NCBI GenBank assembly: GCA_030141605.1
Contig: JAQGDQ010000022.1
Span: forward strand, 248,001 to 312,000
Reading direction: 5' to 3'
Origin: Tubiluchus corallicola
Taxonomy: Eukaryota > Animalia > Priapulida
Length of the DNA: 64,000 nucleotides
The notes under the pieces were generated by a model. It had not been told where the DNA came from. It ran no database searches and saw only the letters and a list, made by a program, of their open reading frames with translations. Positions within the stretch are counted from its first letter, which is position 1. Every line of letters starts with the position of its first letter. Both the position numbers and the translations under genes were made by a program. This document shows positions 12,498-25,100 of the stretch, in pieces.

Positions 12498-12736
12498 GTG
12501 ATGCCATGGCAACTCACAGTGTGATGCAGTTCAGTACTGAGGATCGCGACCTGGACAGAAAGTCGTCGCAAAACTGTGCAGAAAGGTATGGCGGTGGTTG
12601 GTGGTACAACGCCTGCTACGAATGCACTCTCAATGGTTACTATAAGAAAGGTGATTCCAGTGGAGTCCTTTGGTTGAAGAATAAGCTGGCTACAGTTGAG
12701 ATGAAGATACGACCTGCTGACACGGGAGCAAAGTGA
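12498..12736 (+). CDS. FReD gene B exon 9 (last; P subdomain)
   Basis: gttgcAG acceptor; GDAMATHS..FSTEDRD.D..NCA...GGGWWYNAC...LNG...EMKIRP; TGA stop. Confidence 0.95.
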
Positions 12737-12747
12737 TCTTAGACCTG

Positions 12748-12753
12748 AATAAA
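12748..12753 (+). terminator. Candidate polyadenylation signal of FReD gene B
   Basis: AATAAA 11 nt after the stop codon. Confidence 0.5.
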
Positions 12754-13794
12754 CAATTATAACATAGAAATTCCGGCACTTTTATCAATAACAACATCAA
12801 AATTGTGTAATGATGTTTATAAACGCGCTTATTTTGTGAAAAAAATCCATTGATTCTGGATAATTGGGGCGTGCTTGAATTCAGGCTTACAATGTGCACC
12901 CATTTCCTCTATTTGAGGCCATTTTTGAAAACTAAGCCGCCTTTTACGAATGCAATTAAATTAATAAACGGCCTATCACTCAGTTGATGATTATAATTTA
13001 TCTAGAATGCGTTGCGTGGCGTCACCTTTTGTAGACTTGCTGAGTTAGCTTGCTGTTACCATTTTAGTGAACAACTGTCTTACAGGTTTTTAATATCAGT
13101 TGCTACATGGAATACCTGTAATTACTCTAACTACTGAACTTGATCTTCCTGTTTGCAACGTATAGCAGTGAGGAAATTGAAGCAATAATTATCATGTGTT
13201 TGCGGCATTAGGAATTTCGATGTTACTTGTTTATTAGCAACTAATGTTGCCGCGAAAGTAGGGAAAATACCGTTAAATCAAATGATTTATTAAAGTAGTG
13301 ATTAATTTACGGTTAGAATTCTCAAGTTCGCTATTGTTGTGAAAAATAGATTTTGTATTTCAGTATTTTATGCAATTATGTGACAATGTTACTGTACTTA
13401 ATTTTCTACACAGAGATGGCAGCAAGAGGAAGTTGATATCTCTGTTAAAATTGGTAAATGTTACGTACCATATTTATAATTCTTGTACGTATCTTGTAAA
13501 TTATTTTTGCGACTGTATTTATATGCATTGAGTGCGTCTTGTAACTACTAAATTTGAATTAAAAATTTGTTTGTTCTTGCCTTATAAAGATTCTCTTTTT
13601 TGCTTTGTTGTAGTTTTCTAATCTACAGCTATTCTTTTTCATGCCATTCAAAGCAGTGCAAGCTAGAATCCTGCACAAGGCTATGCTGTAACTGACTGTG
13701 ACATAATCGGAGTCCAGGTAGTGTGTTAAAGACACTGAATCGGTGGAGTTTTTTAACCTTTTCTGGATGCACAAATAGTACATTTTGGAGGTAC

Positions 13795-13872
13795 TATAGG
13801 AAACTGCCTGGACGTAGTCAATAATCCATTCAATAACCAGGCCTGGCCTTACTTTGCTTAACTTATAGCCAT
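13795..13872 (-). mobile_element. Further decayed copy of the 5S-derived SINE-like family
   Basis: Minus strand reads ggctataagttaagcaa...ggcctggttattgaatggat..tgactac..caggcagtttc and shares blocks with the 33165 copy. Confidence 0.5.
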
Positions 13873-15007
13873 GACGCACTGTATTCTAGCACATAATATT
13901 GTAAATCATTTAGATTTACAAAACTGAAACGGCATTATCATCCCCCTATTCATTTGCCCTTTATTTTTATATTTAGCACCTTTCCACACCTACGTAGACG
14001 TCTGAAAACGCCTACAAATTCATTTTTGTGCTTTAAAAATAAAACAATCTGTAAAACCTGTAATTCATACCATAATGAAAACATTTGTTGCATAATGTTT
14101 TTAGCAAAATTAAAAAGTGAACAAAAAAAACGGCAAGTGAATTGGGTAAACGGTAGAAAAGCGCAAAACTGATTAGAGAACATTTCCTGTCTTTAAATAA
14201 ATGACTGGTTAAATTTGAATAGGTATTATAATACATTATATAAACTCACCCTGATTATATTTTTTGTCAATGAAATTGAAATTGAAAAGTTAAAATCATT
14301 AAACCGATACAATTTTTATGTAACGCTTCGCATTGTGAGACACTCAAAACCTTAAGATGATTATTTTGGCACCTTGTGATAGATTTACTTCATAGACGTA
14401 AACAACAAATTATCTTAATCTTGAGCACCTTTACTCATAAAAAACTTAGGAGTATTTCCTAAAAACAATGTATAATTACTATTATGAGTAACAGGGTATA
14501 AAGACAAGTACTAGAAACCAAATTACGGGGGTTGGAACGTATATTATACAAAACGGCTCATTCTATTAACGCGACTGGTCATCAATTTCGTCTTACCCTC
14601 TTTCTACAGCTGCCCCTTTCATCCCTACTCGCCCAAGCGTGTAAGCCTTGCGGATACACAGGTAAATTTATACCTGCAAAGACGGTTCATCGCAGTCAAG
14701 CTTTTGGGATTGTGATTGTCGAGCTGCTTATTGTCATAGTCTGTGCCCATGTTTAGTGAATGATGAACCCTCATCTCTCTGCAAAATGTGAATCATTCTG
14801 TGTGTATACTTAAGAGACGTGTAGTGTATCACATAAATTCAAAGTAGAATATTTGACGAAATATATCCCAGTGCAAGAAACAAGAGCTGAGTTTCTCCAC
14901 CGTGAGTATCGTTCCTGACTTTTTTCACTTATAGATAATTGTATCAAAAAGTTAGCTAGAACAATGACTAATACACACGCACGCACGTGCGCGCGCGTTC
15001 ACGCACA

Positions 15008-15130
15008 CTTTCTCTCGCTCTCTTTCCTTTTCCCTCTGTCTCTCTCTATATCTCTGTCTGTCTATCATTCGATCTCCAGCTCTCTTCTCACATCTTTTTT
15101 CTTGGCCCTCTCTTCTCTCTTTTTTTTTAT
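15008..15130. repeat. CT-rich low-complexity tract
   Basis: Degenerate (CT)n. Confidence 0.9.
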
Positions 15131-15240
15131 CTGCTTTACACGGCTTCCTTTATAATACATTGTATTCTTTCGCTGATAGATGCAAAGCTTGAGGTGGGAT
15201 CTCCTCCTCGGGAACTAAGAGTAGGCAGTTCAAACTAATA

Positions 15241-15397
15241 CAGTCAAACCATTTTACAGCGCCTATTTTGGGACTGCAAAAGTGAAGTGCATTAATATAT
15301 ACACGTCTATGCAAATATAGATATTTTGTTTTGCTAAAAATTTCGACGTTAAACGAGGTTGGCATTATAAAGGAGGCGTTATAACGATGTTTGGCTG
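15241..15397. mobile_element. MITE, Tc1/mariner-pogo type
   Basis: TA|cagtcaaaccattttacagcgcct ... aggcgttataacgatgtttggctg|TA: imperfect TIRs of about 24 bp with TA flanks, 157 bp, non-coding. Confidence 0.7.
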
Positions 15398-17405
15398 TAC
15401 GTGTTCATAGAACTAGTGCATTGCTGAATTGCTTTCTTTATGAAGTTGGGCCTAAAAAACCAAACAGACAAGCTAAGCTAAAAACAGACCGTTATTTAAA
15501 GCGGAGTATGACCGATTTATAAATAATTTTTATAATGTGGCAAACAGAACTGCAATTCACTGCATTTCACTTTAACTTTTTTTAATTTAAACTTCGCTCA
15601 CATCACGCTGGATGCCATTCTGTCAAAAAGTACATTAAAAACTGTACATGAAATAAACAACATCTCTTGGAAATGCGTGCTTAACAAGTGGCTAACACGA
15701 AGAATTACAAATTTTGAAATTCGCCTTGTAGGCAAGCATGTAATAACGCAATAGTTGTAGTATATAATTAACATACGTTGGAGTTCTGAATAACTTGCAA
15801 TGAACTGTATGCTACATGGGTACGTTATCTATTAAGTTATCTATAACTGTCAAGCTTGCTCCCTCACACAGAACAAATGTGTGATGCTCTGCAATTTTGA
15901 AATTTTCTTCTGCGATTATGGTAGTTTGAGACTTCCCTTCGATCATTCGTCTGCAAAGTTCGGTAACCTCATTGTAAATCATTGGTATTCCGCGTGTCCC
16001 CGTGGTTTTATCATATCTTGTTTACAGTTATAAAATGCGACAAATTCACAGAACATATAATAAAGTAAAACAAGAGAACAGTATTAGAATCTAGCTTTAA
16101 AATCGTTGACTGTTTAATTTTTTAGGTCGTTGCGCATAGAAAACAAGTTCTGTTTGTCTCGTCTCATACGTATTTTAACAAATACGTATTTTTTCTGAGA
16201 TATTTTATGGCTGATATTTCTGCTATTTTTATTCTAATTAGTTCTGTGTCTCTGAAGTAGTCTCTCTCCTTCCCATTTGGGTGTCTTCAGGACTCGAGTA
16301 TCAGTTCCAACCCTGCTACATCTAATAGATTTAAGGAAAAATTTGAAAAGAAACATCTCTGCAAGACAAACCAGGCGTCTGCAAACGTATTTTTGAACCA
16401 AATGTGTTCCTGTAACTTCAAAACGAACAGGACATGCAAGTCTCGTTCTGAAATTTTGGGAGCGAATCTGATCTGTTCTTTTCAAAATCTAATCCTTAAA
16501 TAGCTTTAGACACTCTACTGCATATAACTGGATGGCAGCTATTGGCAGGCATATACAGCCAGAACTCAAAACATGACAGGACCAGCTGAGCCAGAACTCA
16601 GAACACGGCAAGACGCAGCTTGGCCTTCATCTACATTCAAACGAACAGCAAACTTGCCAATTTACCTGCCGCTTTGCATGTTGTATAAGTGGGAAAATCA
16701 TTAAGAACAGGTCAAGGTCTTTAAAATAGCATTTTGCAAAAGATCGTCTCAGTGGCTATATATCTTTATTTATTTTGAATTAGTTTAATAAGTAAATTGC
16801 TGCCGTTGTTAATTTCATTGATGATCTAGTTTTGAAAAGCATGATTAGCCAACATAACAATTTTGCGCACGATTATTACCGAAATTTCTATGAGCTATAC
16901 ATATGTCATTATGTACATATTTGGACACAAAAATTGCTGTTTTATAAATCTTGAACTTGACAAAGATAAATTCCTTAACTGTTCTCCGGTTAGAGACTGG
17001 TAACAGCTGTCGATACATTTATAATGAAGCATGTGTCTACTGTAAAAGTTGGTGTAGACTATAGGCCTAATTGTCAGTAAGCCTTCACATTTTTAACCGA
17101 TCAAGTCCTTATGATCCAACTCCTGTTACTTTTCGCCCGAAGAAAACATAAATAAAAATTATATAGTTGCCTTATGAATGACAACGTCTCTGTGTAAACT
17201 TTGTTATGTTCTTAAAAAGTCGTGAATTGAGAAGGCTGCTTGTCGCGCAAATAACGTAAAGAAGATAGTGGGACTCAGTTAATGCATGATAAAGCGTCGG
17301 TAATTTGCTTTCATAGAAAACATCTTTGGCAATTTTCTGTGCTGTGAAAATGCTATTATGATAATTTGTAATTAAGAATTCGACAAAAATTATTATTATC
17401 CGGTC

Positions 17406-17891
<486 letters not shown>

Positions 17892-17893
<2 letters not shown>

Positions 17894-18203
17894 CGGGGTA
17901 TGTGGTCAAATAAAGAAAAAATGTGTCCACTTTAGAACATTACAATCATAATTTTAACGCCTAGCTATAACATTGTAATACTTCATGCATATAGTTAAAT
18001 ACTTCACACTACTAGTATTTGTCATACTTTCACTAGAATTGGCATTTATGTATTTATCATATGTGGTCGCTTAAGTTGCAATGTTCTAAAACGTGCTTTT
18101 CACTTTGGCAAAATCCTATTCTCCGGTGAAATTCGCGTCCACTGTCCTGTCCAGATACGGGGTTTGTGTGACGATAATCTCAATCTGATAAATGCACCCT
18201 GTA
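17892..18203. mobile_element. Possible decayed Tc1/mariner-type MITE
   Basis: Starts tacggggt.. and ends ..caccctgta (TACAGGGTG-type terminus); the TIR match beyond 8 bp is weak. Confidence 0.3.
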
Positions 18204-18784
18204 TGCTTCAAGAACGAACTCCTATTGCTGTATATACTATGAACAGACTGTTTAACTTTAAACTTTAAACATGATAAACTTTCTCCAGTTAAATTTATGT
18301 AGAAACCACTAGTTGAACTATTCTGCTAATGAGAACTCCCATTATGCATTGTATCGCTCTACTGGCTAGTTGACATTCCTGGGGGCTCTTGGGTGAAACA
18401 TCTGCCGGCTAAGCCACTGAAAGTTTTTGTTACTTATGGATGACTTGCTTTTCACAAGAGGTCGTGTCATTCTCGTGTTTTGTTTGTTAGTGAGACCAAC
18501 TTCGTACACTTGTGCACACACGAGCTAAATAAATGATAACGCACCTTACCATTTTGTTGCAGAATTACGCTCATTCAAAAGGACCATTCTCCAAGAGCGG
18601 ACATTTTAAGAGCTGTGGTCAATGATGGTATCAGCTTATTACGCTGTACCCGGCAAGAACAGCAGGTTTTTTGTGTAATTATGTGAACAATTATCACAAA
18701 AATACAACTGATCAAGGAAGAATATGCCATTGTGACATTATTTTGAGGCTTTCTGGCACGGAACGTAAAAGAACTTCAGAAGTC

Positions 18785-18918
18785 ATGACGCAAACACAAG
18801 TGTCTTGTGAGGTACAGAAGATCAATGAGAGGTTGCAAAGACTGAGACAGTGCAAAGAAATTGGCGAGCAGTGGCGAGCTGTGGCCGATGAACATACCGG
18901 AAGAATAGTCTATGTTAA
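18785..18918 (+). CDS. FRMPD4: FRMPD exon 1 (start + first half of WW1)
   Basis: gtcATG with an upstream in-frame TGA at 18623; ...IGEQWRAVADEHTGRIVYV(N); perfect GTAAGT donor, phase 2. An acceptor at 18561-18562 suggests further 5' UTR exons. Confidence 0.75.
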
Positions 18919-20023
18919 GTAAGTATATAAACTTGTTACCATAGCCGATCAGACGTCAAGATGTTTTTTAACTACTAAAGAAGGGGTTGTTTGAAAACAA
19001 TTATGGCACGTATCAGCCAGTTCCTTCTTCAATTGCCGTGCACGCACAGTTACAAACCAAGTGCTGTTTAAGTCAACATCAGCAGACCTTTATTAGACTG
19101 ATTATCATTCTTTTGTTCCTTTTTTATTCCACACTATTTTTGTAAACGGACATAAACTGTTTTGTTTTTCTTTCTTTTTGACGCCAAAAATTTTGCTCAG
19201 TAAAGCATTTTTCATACACATTCTAAGCCTGGGAAAAAAATTTCCTGAGCTAAATGTAAACTACACAACTTTTTCGGAAGTTAGTTAAAACATAAGAATT
19301 TTATTTCAAAAATGGTGCAAACTGACATTTATACAACTAACAGTTGCCTGGCTGGCTTTCCATGATGACCATAATAGTTGTACTGTCTTATGTGAGGGAA
19401 TCAGGTAAAATAAACTATATCGGGTATAGAATTAAGCTTTAGTGTTTTGCTTTACTTGCAAACAATCTTAAAAGAGCGTTAATACAGTTCCTCTCAGCCA
19501 TTAAAAGAAATAGGTCAAAGTTTAAGTCGAACGCTGATAGGATTAATTGCTTCTACAAATATTGGTAAAGTGCTTCGTCTCAATGCTCTTAGCAAACCTG
19601 ATCTTGTGAATTGCGAATACGGTATTAATTCGTAAAGTTTGGTATCAATTAATCGATTATTAGATATTTGTTTTCACCAATAGAATTAGGAACTCCCCAT
19701 CGTGCAGTTGCAATTGTTATAAAGGCCCTTCCTTTCATTTTCTATTTGTTTTATATCATTTTCCCAGTTTATTTATTTGGGTCACTCAGTACGCTCAGGT
19801 TAGAACCTCGATTTATCCCAAGTTTGTTGAAAAGTAAAATAGACAACGCTATTGAGGAAATAAAAGAATAGTCAGAAAGACAGGCAGTGGCTAACTGGCA
19901 AATAAATTGGCTGCATGGGTAACATAGAGCGATATGATATATATATGGTCTAGCAGACAGGCGGGTAGAAAAAAGCATGTGACACAGCGAAAACAAATTT
20001 CACACCGCCTTGACACGGGCGGG

Positions 20024-20132
20024 CAAGAAAGAAAGAGAGAAGGGAGGAGTGAGAGAAGAACACAAACAAAGAAACAAAAAGAGGAAGAGAGAGTCGGAAA
20101 AAGACAGAGAGGTAACTGGATGGAGGGAAGAA
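20024..20132. repeat. GA-rich low-complexity tract
   Basis: Degenerate (GA)n. Confidence 0.85.
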
Positions 20133-21998
20133 ATAACACCCAAAGGCAACGAAGGGCGTTAATACTAAAACACAGAATGACCAATAAAATTAACCCTGTT
20201 ACCCAGCCATGAAATTGTTATTACCAAATCGGGATTTCTGAGTTTAACATTCTGTAACAATTGGTCATTTAACTGTTTACACAATGTGTCATGCATCCAA
20301 CTATTTTCCAAGTTTCAGGTCTCCAGAACTGGTTCTCTCTCCAGAGACTAAATACACGAGTGATTACACTGTCTTGTTTTGTTGCGAATTGTCGCGAAAA
20401 AATTGTTGAAAGCGTCCGGCTCGAAGGCAAACGCGGCGGTCCGCCCATCCGTGAAATTTTCGTGGCAAATTCATGCGATTGATGCATAACATTGGGAGCA
20501 CTGAATTATTGCCGGCATATGTGACCGAACCAATAAGCGCCCTTGCAAACCTGCTCAAAATTGTGTTCTTCCAGCAAATAAACTGGCTGTCCTGTAAAGA
20601 AATCATGTAATGTGAAGTATCTTCGTGAATACAACAGACTTTTTTGTCACTCACATCGTCTGCCACAGTGTTACGCTAGACTTGCTAAGTTCTTTTCCTT
20701 TTTCAAGAGGTTTTCTTTTGTGAAGTTAGTTTGAGACTTGTTTCAGACCCGTAATTGTATTGACATAAATCTTCTGGTTATGCTCTTGTAAGTATGTTCA
20801 AGATTTGAGTAATCTAGTCTGTTAGAGCCTTTGAGGTGTTTCACCCTTCTACTGTGTCAACTTAGACTCAAGATGAGTGAAAAAAACTGTAGGGAAAAAA
20901 TCAGTCTGGTTACTGAAGGGTAACTGTAAGCTTAAAAGGCGAAAATATATTTCTAGTGTTAATTTGAAAATTATGTATGAATGGTCAGTGTCTCATCTAT
21001 ACGGATAATTATTGCTAATGAGTTGGGTTGCTGTCTCGCCCGCTACCATTCAGTACACTGGTATGAGTGCTGGATCTCTGGCGTGAAATGTGCGGAACTC
21101 TATAAAGAAATTAATAAGTATTACATGTAATTATTGGATGCCATTGTGACCTTTACCAAACATCCGTAGTGAATCAAAAACAATGTCACTCCATCCACTG
21201 TAATTTTCTATTTTAGTACAGCTCCATTGTTTGAAGTTTCTCATTTAATTAGACTCACTCAACTGTAGCATACCTTATTGCAGAAAACTAACTACCTGTC
21301 ACACGTTAATTAATTTGTACCAACACAGATATGGCCATTCTTCTTCTTCTAGGTAGTTGTATGTTTGGTTTTAACTAGCAACGTGCCTAATTATTATCTA
21401 CGTACTTCCTTGGTGATTGGTGTCAGCAAGCTAATGACCACAAATTCTGACCCATTTTACTGTTTCAGCCTGTCACATTAGTTATAGTAAACCGCTTAAA
21501 AAAAGCAAAGGCAGCCATTAGCACAAACGCCGCTTTGCCAAAAAACTGTAGGGTCGTTGACGTTGACGACGATGCGTTCGAGTAGTTGTTTTAAGCATTT
21601 TATTGTTCTACCTTGCATGTAATGGCGCAAATTGCTTGATGGCGGACTCAAACTTGAGATACACGCTAAGCATTTAAACAGCAATTTTGTTCGTTTCATC
21701 TCTTGTTCTTTTGTAAATTATTTTGTGAATGCGTGTCTGTAAAATGCGACTGTTTTGAGTTTAATGATTTGATGGAGAGCTTGTGCTAATTTTGAAAACA
21801 TGCAGCATTCAAAGTGAGTACTAGTAGGCAGCATATAGATGACATGTCCACTGCTGTTGACACCATTTTGCGTATCTTTAGCTAATAAACGTGTTGCTAT
21901 AAAATTGTTAAAAGATAATAATAAATTATTTCTGTGTTTATGGTCGCGAAAAAGGGTTTTCAATAATATAAATACTGCTTCTGTCTTGTACAAGCTTC

Positions 21999-22002
<4 letters not shown>

Positions 22003-22076
<74 letters not shown>

Positions 22077-22124
22077 GATCAGTATTACACAATTACACAC
22101 ACACACATATATATGTGTGTTCTG

Positions 22125-22166
<42 letters not shown>
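22003..22166. repeat. Compound (AC)n and (AT)n microsatellite
   Basis: Pure AC run 22003-22070 followed by shorter AC and AT runs. Confidence 0.99.
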
Positions 22167-22169
<3 letters not shown>

Positions 22170-25100
22170 ATATTGATGAATGATGAACTTAATGGTCTGA
22201 TATTAGATTCAAATCTATTATTCGAAGTCGCATGATTTGCAACTGGATAAAGTTGGGCTAGAAGAATCTCGTAATATCCGAGTGAAACTTCACACGTAAA
22301 CAAAAATCTAAAAAAATTCGATAAGTCGTACAAGTCTAAGTGCTTTTACTTTTACCGACTAATAACACTGACTAGACTGCAATGGTCCCTGATTGCAATA
22401 GTACTTAAAGAAAGTAAATTGAGTTTAAGAAAGGTCGCGCATGCATAATCAGTTCCTTTCATGAAGCAAGCCTTTGCTTTAAAATCTGGCGTATTTTTCA
22501 GCAAGAAATAATAGGCTGCTCGTGTCAATAAAAACTACACAAGGCCAACAAAATTTACATTTCAATTATAGCGTGACTTTTCTTAAAAAAAGAAAGAGAG
22601 CAAGATATAGCCTCGCAACAATAGCGAGTTATAGTATAACCTAGACCAACAGGAACAATGTCATGGTAGATTTTCGTGTCCCAGTAAGACGGTTTAATAT
22701 TTCAAAAACCGGATGTGGCAATATGCGAAATCTTTGACTACTCAAATACAGGAACTGGGTGAAATAAGTTACTGATCATGACGGTCCAGCTGTAGCATTT
22801 AATTCTTTAGTTAATCCTACTCACTGTCTTTACACTCTTTCCGTTAGATTCTTTAACATGCGGAAGTAAATTTTTCAATATCATAACATTCAGACTTTGC
22901 CGCACTGCTAGGCTGTATACAATACACGTTTTGATAGAAAATTATAGGCTACTGTAACAGTTGCTTTACTGGCATGGCTTGCCATAAAATGCGATAATCT
23001 TCCTAGAGTGCATAGCACAGAGTTTATAATGCACAATTATAATACCGATTTTTCTCTTCAAAAGAAACTAGGTATACTGGGTCCTACATAAGCTAATATA
23101 TTTTGTAGTCTAATAGCTGTGCCATCAGGCTATCAAGTTTTTGTTATTTTCTGTACGTAGTATCCTAGAGCATGTAATGCAGTCTAAATTCTAATTTCAT
23201 GCTTCTATATGAAACAGTGAAACGTTGAAATCCGTTTGAAATAGAGGAAGTTTCAGAATTTGCCTTTACTGTAGTCAACTTAGTCCGTGCTATAGTCAAC
23301 ATCGTTTTGAGCTGTTCTGTCTTAGTTTTCCTGTTTTTTCACATTTTCCTGTTTTGTTTTAGAACGCATGAGTGTTCTGTATGGCATCTAAACGTCTTAA
23401 TATACCAAAAATTGCAGGATTATGCAGCATTATAATAGATAGCATCACCAAAAGTGTTTTCAAGGTAGAAGACATTTTATTTCACTTGAATTTAACGATG
23501 ATTTTGTCATTAAAGGAATGTCACGGTCCAAAAAGAACTAGTATAACTAGCTGCATAGCCATTGAAAGAAATTATCGATAATCTTCAATCTACATATAGC
23601 AGCAAGCAATTTCTTTCTTGAATATAAGACTTTCAAAAGCTTTACAATTACACATGTGCCGACTTTCCCATACGCATTCAGGTCTTAGATCTAGAAATGA
23701 ACAATTCAGTATTATATGCATGCCTGCAGCTTGCACAACCATACGTTGACATTTTAAGAATATGTCACAACAAGTGTTTTAATGCACCACTGGCGCATTT
23801 ACTCGGGAAAATTTGGGATTCATACAAAAATAGTTGCTAAAATAAGTGCCCTCTTTCTCGCTGTTTTTTTTAAGTTATATCGTTTGTTAGCCCAGTTCCA
23901 AACAAAACAGATTATAGCTGCTCTTTGAAAAACTGGAATTGAATAATTATATATTTATTAACGTTAATTAAAATCGCTTATATAGTTTGCACTTTTATCG
24001 ATGTTCCACGATAATCATCTTTCCTAAGTTTTGGCCTTCCACATTGATTCTTGCCACTTTTCCAGTTACGTTTTACGTGTTGTGCCCGCTGTGCAACTAA
24101 CTCAAAATTTATGGCAAAAAGGTGAACCACGATCTTCATCTACCTAAACCCATAGACAACTTGTGGAAAATTACAAATTTCCAATCACGAAATCAAATAT
24201 GGCTTTGACAAAGAAATAAAAATATCCCACAGCGGTCTCTGTAAGCAAGCTATTAAATTTAGAATTTATTACCTATGTGACCAGATGACGCAAAACCTCA
24301 CGGTGGCGCTGTTATTGAACAGGTGCAAAATCAACTAGTGACTTTGCAATTTTAATGCGATTATATGACTGTAACCCACGACGCTACTGGCTTGACCTGA
24401 ATACCATCACACAAAACTGTGCCCATTAGTTTACATTTAGTAAAAGCATCAGTGCTTGTTCCATGTTTTCCGAGTCTGAAAATGTTCGCAAAACAACCCC
24501 CTAAGGTGATTTTACATTCCTTTTTCCATCACAAACACTCCTTTCCTAACTTTCGCTCTCATGATTGTACACTAAGCAAACATGTCGGCTAAGTTTACCT
24601 ATTTCACCAGGTTAAGTGTTCAAGGTATTAAATTGCAAACCCGCATCAATTCTGTCCAGGATGACAAACGAGGAAAGGGAAATTTCAAGTGCTTGAAACT
24701 GGTTTTACATGGTTGTTGTTTAATCATAAATCCAGACAGTACAACTAAAACTTGTGTACTTGCGCGCCCGGGGCATTTGTGGGAAAAATATAATCAACAA
24801 AGCATGTAAATGCATTTTGTTATCGTCTGCAAATAAACCACACGGAACGACTTTAATTGATAAGCTACTGTAAAGTATCACATATATAATGGACCCTTTT
24901 GGGCGTTAGCTTTTTATGTTTTTTTCTTGTATACATGTAATTTTGGTTTAACGTGTAATTGTACAAATATTTCTTCACTTGAGTGTAAGCTGATATAACA
25001 ACAAGTTGTTGGCTGACCATAGTAACAATTAAACTGAACTTCGCTTTTAACACTGCAGTGAAAATTTAGCTATAAAAGTGAGAAATGCGTTTTTTTAAAT

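Larger units (their letters stand above)
3392..12736 (+). other. FReD gene B, full gene span: secreted fibrinogen-related lectin-like protein, about 419 aa, 9 coding exons
   Basis: Exons 3392-3433, 5933-6241, 7310-7372, 7570-7647, 8261-8393, 9375-9508, 10124-10220, 11013-11177, 12498-12736. All are GT-AG and phase-compatible, summing to 1260 nt with a single terminal stop. Confidence 0.85.

Noticed and set aside
16557-16620. Small two-copy tandem repeats (also 31725-31776 and about 34480-34635)
   Set aside because: Ordinary local slippage duplications with no sign of function.
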